The notes under the pieces: generated by a model
What the model was told of the DNA's origin: nothing
Databases searched by the model: none
What the model saw: the letters and a program-made list of their open reading frames with translations, nothing else
Made by a program: the position numbers and the translations under genes
Part shown: one piece after another, positions 36,413 to 45,600 of the stretch
Layout: every line of letters starts with the position of its first letter
Numbering within the stretch: position 1 is the first letter of the stretch
Origin: Nostocales cyanobacterium ELA583
GTDB taxonomy: Bacteria > Cyanobacteriota > Cyanobacteriia > Cyanobacteriales > Nostocaceae
Length of the DNA stretch: 64,000 nt
Assembly: GCA_037131225.1 (NCBI GenBank)
Contig: JBAXRM010000001.1
Coordinates: 2,672-66,671, forward strand
Direction: 5' to 3'

Positions 36413-38248
36413 ATGTCCTTTTACCCTCAGATTAAGCAATTTTTTCTCGGTAAATCCTTACCAACCAGCGCCCATAGCGAAGAGCGATTGAGTAACGCAG
36501 CAGCCTTGTCTGTTCTTTCTTCCGACGCGCTTTCATCTGTGGCTTATGCGACAGAGGAGATTTTGCTGGTTTTAGTCGCAGCAGGAAGTGGTGCTCTAGG
36601 CTTGTCTCTGCCTATTGCTATCGCAATTATTGCTCTCCTGGCTGTAGTTGTCCTTTCCTATCGGCAAACCATTCGTGCTTATCCCAAAGGCGGTGGTTCT
36701 TACATTGTCGCTAGAGAAAATCTGGGTCTTTATCCAGGACTAGTGGCTGGTGGTTCGCTGATGATTGACTATATTTTGACTGTTACTGTCAGTATATCTG
36801 CGGGTACAGCAGCTTTAACATCAGCAATTCCTGCACTCCAATCTCACACAGTTATTTTGTGTTTGATTTTCATTTTCTTATTAATGCTCGCAAATCTTAG
36901 AGGTGTCAAGGAATCAGCCCAGATATTCATGGTTCCTACCTACGCCTTTGTTGTGAGTATTTTTCTATTAATTGGTATTGGGTTGTTTAAATATAGCACT
37001 GGGCAAGTTCCCACAGCCTATCCTTCCCTTCCTGCTACCGAAAGCATAAGTGTATTCTTCATCTTACGGGCTTTTTCCGCCGGCTGTACAGCACTGACGG
37101 GGGTAGAAGCAATATCTGATGGGGTATTAGCTTTTAAAGCCCCAGAATGGAAAAATGCCCGCCTTACTTTGTTGTATTTGGGAGTAATTTTAGGATTTAT
37201 GTTTGTGGGTATTACTTACTTAGCAAATATTTATCATATTGTTCCCCAAGATGAACAAACAGTAGTTTCTCTATTGGGAAGAGTAATTTTAGGGACAGGG
37301 CCTGTTTACTATTTCCTGCAAATAGTTACCCTGCTGGTTTTGATGTTAGCTGCTAATACCAGTTATGCGGATTTTCCCAGACTCTGTTATTTTCTAGCAA
37401 GAGATGGATTTTTACCCCGCCAATTGTCCCTATTGGGCGATCGCTTGGTTTACTCTAATGGTATTATTCTTCTCAGTAGTTGTGCCGGAATTTTAGCCAT
37501 TATTTTCAAAGGTGAAGTTAACGCCATTATCCCTCTTTACGCGGTTGGTGTATTTACTTCCTTTACCCTTTCCCAAGCCGGTATGGTTCGTCATTGGTTT
37601 CAAGGACAAACCAGCAATTGGCATGCAAGCGCAATTATGAATGGGTTAGGAGCAGTTGCCACCCTTATAGTATTGATAGTAATCATTTCTACTAAGTTCC
37701 TATTAGGTGCTTGGTTGGTAGTCGTAGCGATTCCCTTAGTAGTAGCTTTATTTTCCGCTATTCAACAACATTATCAATATGTAGCTCAACGTCTAAGTAT
37801 TCAGGATTTAGCACCCCGCAGTTATATCTCCGTTCCCAAACCAGCCGTTATCACTCACCCTGCGGTAGTTGTGGTCGGACAACTGAACCGAGGCACAGTA
37901 GAAGCTTTAGACTATGCACGGACAATTGCTGACGAAATTGTGGCTGTTCACGTAGATATTGGTTCTACAGACAGGGAAAAACTCCAAGAAAAATGGCAAA
38001 ATCTCCAATCAGATATTCCTTTGGAAATTATTGACTCTCCTTATCGTTCCGTAATTGATCCAATTGTAGATTTTGTGGAGCAGTTTAAGGAACGTCACCC
38101 AGATGTTTTTACAACTGTCATTATTCCCGTTTTTGTGCCTCGTAATTGGTGGGACAGTATTTTACATAACCAAACCACCTTGTTTTTAAAGAATGCTTTG
38201 CGAGCTAAAAAAAATCGCATTGTTACAACTGTTAGATATTACTTGTAA
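36413..38248 (+). CDS. APC-superfamily amino acid/polyamine permease with a cytoplasmic C-terminal domain
   Basis: About 12 hydrophobic helices over residues 30-450, with YPKGGGSYIVAREN and VLSSDALSSVAYATEE blocks. A soluble tail of about 150 aa follows. Confidence 0.75.
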   Translation: MSFYPQIKQFFLGKSLPTSAHSEERLSNAAALSVLSSDALSSVAYATEEILLVLVAAGSGALGLSLPIAIAIIALLAVVVLSYRQTIRAYPKGGGSYIVARENLGLYPGLVAGGSLMIDYILTVTVSISAGTAALTSAIPALQSHTVILCLIFIFLLMLANLRGVKESAQIFMVPTYAFVVSIFLLIGIGLFKYSTGQVPTAYPSLPATESISVFFILRAFSAGCTALTGVEAISDGVLAFKAPEWKNARLTLLYLGVILGFMFVGITYLANIYHIVPQDEQTVVSLLGRVILGTGPVYYFLQIVTLLVLMLAANTSYADFPRLCYFLARDGFLPRQLSLLGDRLVYSNGIILLSSCAGILAIIFKGEVNAIIPLYAVGVFTSFTLSQAGMVRHWFQGQTSNWHASAIMNGLGAVATLIVLIVIISTKFLLGAWLVVVAIPLVVALFSAIQQHYQYVAQRLSIQDLAPRSYISVPKPAVITHPAVVVVGQLNRGTVEALDYARTIADEIVAVHVDIGSTDREKLQEKWQNLQSDIPLEIIDSPYRSVIDPIVDFVEQFKERHPDVFTTVIIPVFVPRNWWDSILHNQTTLFLKNALRAKKNRIVTTVRYYL

Positions 38249-38493
38249 GAGAGCTATAACAAAAAAGATGAACTGCTTGCAGCAGTGCTAGTTCCCTCCG
38301 GAACAATCCAATCTTGTAGGATGGGCATCTTGCCCGTCCTTCTATTATTAGCAGAATATACCCACACCACAAAAAATTTTGGGATATTTTTTTAAGGGCA
38401 TAGTGGCAGTATGGACTGTCTTTAGGTATATTCTTACCATTTTAAATATATTTTCACCAAATCCATGTATGCTAAATATTAAAGATTATCATT

Positions 38494-41400
38494 ATGAATA
38501 ACGCTATGAAAATCGTTCATGGCACTTGGATACCAAATGCAGAAACAGACTTTGTTCAGTCAGGCTCTTTTTATCTGTGGATAGAAACGCCTATACTCAA
38601 AAAGAAACGAGATATTAAAGAACAAATTCATCCTGGACATCTAGCCAAGGATGAGTTAATCAATTTCTTAGCTCAGGAATTGGGAATTAAAGAACCTGTA
38701 CCGCAATTAAACCAACGTATATCTAGCAAATATTTTGCACTGCCAACCGCAAATAATCAACCTCTACCTTCATCAGAACTAATTAAATATCTAGAAATAG
38801 AAACACCAGAAGAATACACAGAATTTCAATATTGGCAAGTAGATTGTTATCAAACATTAACTTCTATTAAAGCTGATACACCAGCAATTAATATTATCAG
38901 ACTGCTCAATGATATCCATTTTTTAGCAATTAATAATCTGAGTGAAATTCAACTCGGGTCTGATTTATTATTTTGGTATCACTATACGCAATCGTTTAAA
39001 CAAATAATTCTCAAAGACCAATATATTCCCACTCTGAAATATCGAGAATTAGAAACTCCTCAATCCAAAAGTAAAAGCAAAAAAACGATTCCACCTGCAC
39101 TTGAAATCTATGCTGGTTGGTCAATTATTTCCGAGCAATATGAAGCCAATATCCAAAAATATATTGAATATATGCCATTGATTTGTGTAGCAGGTTCAAC
39201 AGTAAAAACTGAGAATATTGAATTTTTTAACCAAGAAACATTATTACGCCATTTTTCTGAATTTATCCTCAATAATATAGTTACTCATACATCATCAACT
39301 GCTGCCTTTGATAAACAAATCACAGATTCCTTGATTTACTATTGTTTTTCCCAGCAGCATAATTTCCACAAAGCAAATGTAAGTTTAGAAGAATATAAAC
39401 AATGGCAAATATGGAAAAATAAAATTACTCGTTCCCAATCAGAATTACCGTTTTATCTGTGTTTTCAACTCAATTCCCCTGCGGCTGAACAAATAGATAA
39501 CTGGCAAATGCAGTTTTTGGTATCTAGTAAACAAGACCCTTCTCTCAAGTTACCTTTGGTAGATTATTGGCCAATGAGTCAAAAAACTAAAACAGGTGTA
39601 CACAAACAATATGGTGAAAACTTTGAAACCAATTTGTTGTTAAATTTAGGATATGCGGCGCGGATGTTTCCTAAATTATGGCAAGGATTAGAAACAGATA
39701 CTCCCGTGGGAATGCAATTAACATTAGAAGAATCGTTTTCATTCCTGCAAGAAAGTGCTTGGGTATTAGAAGATGCGGGTTTTAAAGTTACTGTTCCCGC
39801 TTGGTATACCCCTACTGGTCGTCGTCGTGCTAAACTGCGACTCAAGGCTGCGGGTAAAAGTCGTTCTGCAACTAAAGGCAAAGAAAAAAGCCATTTTAGT
39901 TTAGATTCTTTGGTGCAGTATGAATATGAATTAGCAATTGGTGAAGAAGTTGTCACTAAACAAGAATGGGAACAATTAATTAATGCTAAAGCTCCTTTAG
40001 TGCATTTTCGTGGTCAATGGATGGAATTAGACCGAGATAAAATGCAACAATTACTAGAATTTTGGCAGTCTCATGGTGATGAAAAACCAGAGATGTCTGT
40101 GCTGGAATTTCTGCAACGTAATGCTGAATCTGGGGAAGATTGGGATATTGAACATGATGATATTTTATCAGATATGATGGCGAAATTACAAGATAAAAGT
40201 AGATTAGAACCAATTTCTGACCAATTAAATCTGCAAGGTAATCTGCGCGAATATCAAAAACGTGGTGTTGCGTGGTTAGAATATTTGGAACGGTTGGGTT
40301 TAAATGGCTGTTTAGCAGACGATATGGGTTTAGGTAAGTCGGTACAAGTGATTGCTAGACTTGTTCAGGAGAGGGAGTCGGTTGATTCTGTGCTACCAAC
40401 CCTGTTAATTGCACCTACTTCTGTAGTTGGGAATTGGCAGAAAGAGATTGCTAAGTTTGCGCCTCATCTTCAGAGTATGATACATCACGGGAGCGAACGC
40501 TTACAAAACTCTGCTGATTTCAAAAAGGCTTGTCAACAACATGATGTAATCATTACCTCTTTTACTTTAGCTCGCAAAGATGAAAAGCTGCTACAAAGTA
40601 TCGAGTGGCAACGGATTGTTTTAGATGAAGCCCAAAATATTAAAAATCCCAAAGCTGCACAAACAAAAGCTATTCTCAAACTTTCTGCTAAACACCGATT
40701 GGCTTTAACAGGAACTCCGGTAGAAAACCGCTTGTTAGATTTATGGTCAATTTTTAATTTTCTGAATCCTGGTTATTTGGGTAAAGAAGCGCAGTTTCGT
40801 AAATCTTTTGAAGTTCCTATTCAAAAAGATAATAACCGAGTCAAATCAACGACGCTGAAGAAATTAGTTGAACCCTTAATTTTACGTCGGCTAAAAACAG
40901 ACAAATCTATTATTAATGATTTACCTGATAAAGTTGAACAAAAACTTTACACCAATTTAACCAAAGAACAAGCTTCATTGTATGAAGTAGTGGTTAAAGA
41001 TGTAGAAGAGAAATTACAAACGGTAGAGGGAATTCAACGCAAAGGATTAATTCTCTCTACTTTGATGAAATTAAAGCAAATTTGTAACCATCCGGCTCAG
41101 TTTTTACAAGATAATAGCGAATTTTCGATTGAACGTTCTCACAAACTTAGCCGCTTAGTAGAAATGGTAAATGAGGCAATTTCTGAAGGGGAAAGTTTAT
41201 TGATATTTAGTCAATTTACGGAGGTATGCGAACAAGTTGAAAAATACATTAAACATAATTTACGTTGCAATACTTACTATTTGCATGGTGGCACAAGTCG
41301 TCCACGTCGAGAAAAGATGATTACAGAATTTCAAGAACCTGATACAGAAGCTTCGGTGTTTATCTTATCATTAAAAGCAGGTGGTGTAGGGATTACTTTA

Positions 41401-41679
41401 ACTAAAGCTAATCACGTTTTTCACTTTGATAGATGGTGGAATCCCGCAGTTGAAAATCAAGCCACAGATAGAGCTTTTCGGATTGGACAACAAAAGAATG
41501 TATTTGTGCATAAATTTGTGGCTATTGGGACTTTAGAGGAGAAAATTGACCAGATGATTGAAGATAAGAAAAAACTTGCTGATGCTGTAGTTGGCAATGA
41601 TGAATCTTGGTTAACTGAGTTAGACAATGATGCTTTTAAACAACTTATTGCTTTAAATAAAAGTGCAATTTTGGAGTAA
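38494..41679 (+). CDS. SNF2/RAD54-family helicase with a long N-terminal extension
   Basis: LREYQKRGVAWL, ADDMGLGKSVQ (motif I), LDEAQNIKN (DEAQ, motif II), LTGTPVEN, LIFSQF and LKAGGVGITLT..ANHVFHFDRWWNP..E.QA.DRAFRIGQ. About 570 aa precede the ATPase core. Confidence 0.85.
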   Translation: MNNAMKIVHGTWIPNAETDFVQSGSFYLWIETPILKKKRDIKEQIHPGHLAKDELINFLAQELGIKEPVPQLNQRISSKYFALPTANNQPLPSSELIKYLEIETPEEYTEFQYWQVDCYQTLTSIKADTPAINIIRLLNDIHFLAINNLSEIQLGSDLLFWYHYTQSFKQIILKDQYIPTLKYRELETPQSKSKSKKTIPPALEIYAGWSIISEQYEANIQKYIEYMPLICVAGSTVKTENIEFFNQETLLRHFSEFILNNIVTHTSSTAAFDKQITDSLIYYCFSQQHNFHKANVSLEEYKQWQIWKNKITRSQSELPFYLCFQLNSPAAEQIDNWQMQFLVSSKQDPSLKLPLVDYWPMSQKTKTGVHKQYGENFETNLLLNLGYAARMFPKLWQGLETDTPVGMQLTLEESFSFLQESAWVLEDAGFKVTVPAWYTPTGRRRAKLRLKAAGKSRSATKGKEKSHFSLDSLVQYEYELAIGEEVVTKQEWEQLINAKAPLVHFRGQWMELDRDKMQQLLEFWQSHGDEKPEMSVLEFLQRNAESGEDWDIEHDDILSDMMAKLQDKSRLEPISDQLNLQGNLREYQKRGVAWLEYLERLGLNGCLADDMGLGKSVQVIARLVQERESVDSVLPTLLIAPTSVVGNWQKEIAKFAPHLQSMIHHGSERLQNSADFKKACQQHDVIITSFTLARKDEKLLQSIEWQRIVLDEAQNIKNPKAAQTKAILKLSAKHRLALTGTPVENRLLDLWSIFNFLNPGYLGKEAQFRKSFEVPIQKDNNRVKSTTLKKLVEPLILRRLKTDKSIINDLPDKVEQKLYTNLTKEQASLYEVVVKDVEEKLQTVEGIQRKGLILSTLMKLKQICNHPAQFLQDNSEFSIERSHKLSRLVEMVNEAISEGESLLIFSQFTEVCEQVEKYIKHNLRCNTYYLHGGTSRPRREKMITEFQEPDTEASVFILSLKAGGVGITLTKANHVFHFDRWWNPAVENQATDRAFRIGQQKNVFVHKFVAIGTLEEKIDQMIEDKKKLADAVVGNDESWLTELDNDAFKQLIALNKSAILE

Positions 41680-41696
41680 AACTGGAGGAAAATATT

Positions 41697-42536
41697 ATGG
41701 TTAAATTTAGTCGGACATGGTGGGGTGATAGGTTTATTAAAGCACTGGAAGATTTTACTGATGATGGTCGTTTGCAACGGGGACGTTCCTATGCCAATAA
41801 TGGTAAAGTCCTAAATTTTGAAATCGAGCAAAATCATATCACGGCTAAAGTTAGAGGTTCTGTTAATCCTTATTTTGGTGTGTATAAAGAACCAACTTAT
41901 AAAATTTCTATTGAAATTAAAGAAATAGCTAAAAGTAGTTGGAATGAAGCTGTTCAAAAGCTATCATCTAAAGCTAGTATTGTTTCTAGATTATTACTGA
42001 ATGAAGTACCTGAGAATATAGAAGATACTTTTAAGGAATTGGGATTACATTTATTACCGCATAGTAGTGAAGACTTTAAAACTAAATGTTCCTGTCCAGA
42101 TTATGCTAATCCTTGTAAACATATAGCTGGTGTTTATTATTTAGTTGCTTCCCAATTAGATAATAATCCCTTTCTGTTATTTGAATTGCGGGGGTTATCG
42201 AAGGATGAACTTCAGTCTAAATTAGCTAATTCTAATTTAGGTAAAGCACTTGCACAGGAATTGAATGCTCAAGAAGTTAGTTTAGAATCTTCTACATCGT
42301 TTTATCCCAAGCTAGAAAAACAATCTGTTTCTGAAAAGCCAAGTGTAAGGGAGTTTTGGTTAGGGACAAAGCGTTTACCTCAAACAATAGATGTGCTAAG
42401 TTCCAGTGGTGTTTCGGCAATTCTTATCAAGAAACAAGGAGATTTTCCAGCTTTTTGGCATAAAGATAATTCTTTTATTGAAACAATGGAGGAACTTTAT
42501 CAACGGGTAAAAACAAAAAATCAAAGTTTAATGTAA
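41697..42536 (+). CDS. SWIM zinc-finger protein
   Basis: CSCPDYANPCKHIAGVYY (CxC-N-CxH SWIM motif). N-terminal GRLQRGRSYANNGKV block. Starts 17 nt after the SNF2 gene. Confidence 0.8.
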   Translation: MVKFSRTWWGDRFIKALEDFTDDGRLQRGRSYANNGKVLNFEIEQNHITAKVRGSVNPYFGVYKEPTYKISIEIKEIAKSSWNEAVQKLSSKASIVSRLLLNEVPENIEDTFKELGLHLLPHSSEDFKTKCSCPDYANPCKHIAGVYYLVASQLDNNPFLLFELRGLSKDELQSKLANSNLGKALAQELNAQEVSLESSTSFYPKLEKQSVSEKPSVREFWLGTKRLPQTIDVLSSSGVSAILIKKQGDFPAFWHKDNSFIETMEELYQRVKTKNQSLM

Positions 42537-42622
42537 ATATGAATAGGAAATTATGGCTCTTAGAGGATGTTGGAAAGTTTCATACCCAAGCTTATTAGTC
42601 ATTAATGATTTTCTTTTTCTTT

Positions 42623-42650
42623 ACTCCTAACTCCTGACTCCTGACTCCTT
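42623..42650. repeat. heptamer array (ACTCCTR)x4
   Basis: actccta actcctg actcctg actcctt, ending 6 nt from the tamB-like stop. It is the reverse complement of the unit at 49980-50014. Confidence 0.8.
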
Positions 42651-42655
42651 CTTCC

Positions 42656-45600
42656 TCAAAATCTCCGTTCAAACTCAATTACAGCCCGACTATCATTAGT
42701 TAAATTAGTAGAAGAACGAACACGAAATTGATTATTTATTCGATAATTAATCCCCCATTGCAAAGGGTCACCTGCGGTCAAAATCTTAATAGTAGAAAGG
42801 GAAAATTTTGGAGAAATATCAATACCTGCTTCTAAAGCTAATTCTAGAGATGAGTTATTTCTCCCTGCTTCTGGTCTTTCAGCAAGAATAGTTGGAAATA
42901 TCCGCAATTCACTTAAACCAAAAGCATCACCAATTTCATTAAATGCACCTTGAAAATTGCTGAAAACAGCCGAACCAGCAATATTAATTAAACCCAGGCT
43001 ACTGTCACCACGTCCTTGATTATCAACAAACCCACCTCCTAACAAAGTGACAATTTGTGTTTGTGAACGAGAAGGATTGCTTTTTAGTTGCAAATTATCA
43101 TTAATTTGACTACCTAAACCATCAATACTAGCTTCTACTCGGACTGTTTCTAATCCTGCTAAACCTAGAGAACCTTGTCTGCTCAGATCGCTATTTTGAG
43201 TTATATCTAGCACCTTGGCAAATAGACGAATATCCAAATTAGGATCACGAGGTTGACGAGCGCTAAAAGTGGCAGTGTGTTTATAGCCTCTGGCCAAATT
43301 TAATTGGGTAGTGAACAAATTCACTGCACCTTTAGTTAACTTAATAGTTCCTTCTGGAATAGGTTCAGCTAAAGAACCGTTAACAATTAGATCTCCAGCA
43401 GCTTGGAATTTGAACACTGGTGGTTTGGAAATTTGAATATTTCTACCTAGTTTTAATTCTAAATTATTTAATCTCGTAATTCTATTTTCTGGATCTGTTT
43501 TATTTTGGTTATTAATTTTAGAAGATGATGAATTATTATCTGGAGATTCTGTTAACAACACTTGACCATTAAATAATTCTATATGACCGCCAATTATTGG
43601 TTTGAGCAAAGAACCAGTAATTGCTAAATTACCATTAGCACCTCCTTGATATAATCCCTTGAGATTTAAAAGCAATTGTTGTAAATCAACAGTCAGGGGA
43701 ACATCAATTTTGAGATTGGGATTATCAAAAATTGGTAATTCTCCCACAGCTTTGATATTACCATTACTAAATTTACCTTCCAGACTTTTGATAAACACAC
43801 GAGTTAAATCAAAAATTGCGTTACCATTCACATTAGTTAATTTTCCTGGTAAAGCCTGGGCGCTAAAGGTAGCATTATTGAGAGCAGCAATTCCTTTAAC
43901 AAAAGGTTGTCTTCGAGTTCCCCGAACTTTTAAATCTAATTCTCCTTGTCCTTTTTCAAAAAATATATCATTAGTAAAGAGATTTAAAAGTGTCAACCCT
44001 TCATTTTTAATATTAACATCCAGAGTAACTTGATCACTGTTGGATTTTTCAGATGCAAAGGGTAAAGTATAGGGAATACTACCACTAATATTTGCAGGTT
44101 CAGCCCCCACTCCTAATACCTGACTACCAAAGTTTAACCGTCCGTTAGCATAACTGAAACTAGCATTAGCTGATTCCACAGGTTTTTTATCAATTGTCCC
44201 ATCTGTAATGTTTAATTCTCCTCTAGCTTGAGGATTGGAGATACTACCTGATATGGCTGCATTAACATTTAGCTTACCTGTAATTCCCAGAGGGAGTTTC
44301 ACCAAATTATTTAATCGTTGAATAGGAAAGTTTTCGACTTTTAATTTACCTGATTGCTCCTTACCACCAATACTACCTGTAAAGGCAATTATTTTTTGTT
44401 GAGCTTGAATTCTTAAAGGTTGTAACCGATAAATTCCTTCGGCAAAACTACCTTTAACTATAACTTCTTCTGCACTATAAAAACGGGTTGGTTCTGTTGG
44501 TTTACCCCAAGTAAAGTTCTGTCCTTGGAGATCAAATTTTATCCTTGGTTCGTCCGTTGTCGCCGTATTAATGGAAATATTACCATCCAAAATCCCTTTT
44601 AAGTCTCTTAATTCGGGGACAGGTTTAGTCTCTATCCGTTGTTGTTGTTGAGCCGTAAGTAGAGCATCAATTTCTGATAAGCGTTGTATTTGGGTCAATA
44701 GAGACTCTAAGGGTAATCCTTGGGAGTAGGTGGTCAAATCCGTGGCTTTGCCGTAGGTAGGTGCGTTTAAACCACGTTGGAAGTCTTGGATATCAAAGAT
44801 TTGAGCCGCTGTGAGAATGTCTTGAATATTGCCTTTGTCAATGTTGATTTTTGCCCGCAGTTGCGGTTTTTTTGTCCACGGTTTGATGTTGGCATCAAAA
44901 GTATATCTACTTTCGCCTTTGCGAAACTCACTATCACCGAGGATGAATGTATTATTATTATAGCGTAGTTGGGTAGTAAAGCGATCGCCTTTAATTCGTC
45001 CCAGTTCAGGCTTTTCAATGGCTATATTTCCTGCTGTGGAAAATGTCTGCGAATTAATTTGCAATTTTCCTGTTAATAATCCTCTCACATCTCCTGGACT
45101 TAAAGGAGTATTCGCCGGTAGAGCTATATTTAAGGATTTTAAAGGGAAATTATCTATATTTATACCCCAGTTAGATCCCGTTGCTGCACCTGATAATAAA
45201 GCTTGTCGCCATTGCACGAAAAAGGATTGAGGACGATTATTACCATCTAAATTAAATGCTATCCGTTCACGAAGCACTCCGCGAGAATCCTTTACACCAG
45301 TAACGTCTAAACTTAACCCCCTTCCTGATACAGCATTGACATTACCAATCAATAATGGCTCAAAAGCAAATTTCTGAACTTTTAAATTGCGTAACCCTAA
45401 TTTACCTATAATATTTGGTGCAGTTGGTTTTCCTATCACCTGTCCACTAAAATCCAACCCACCAGAAACATCTGCAAGGTCAGGTAGTGGCACTGGCAAC
45501 CGTTCCAGATTATAATTTTTTGCTTGAATCTGGAAATTTACATCAGTAATTTCTGGGATATCTGCTTTTCTCGCATTAGTTAATAAATAACCTTTGATAG

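Noticed and set aside
29553-42536. MTase (29.5 kb) plus SNF2 helicase (38.5 kb) as a DISARM/BREX-like defence island
   Set aside because: The two are 7 kb apart on opposite strands. A tRNA and five unrelated housekeeping-type genes separate them. No DUF1998, PLD, PglZ or similar components are visible.
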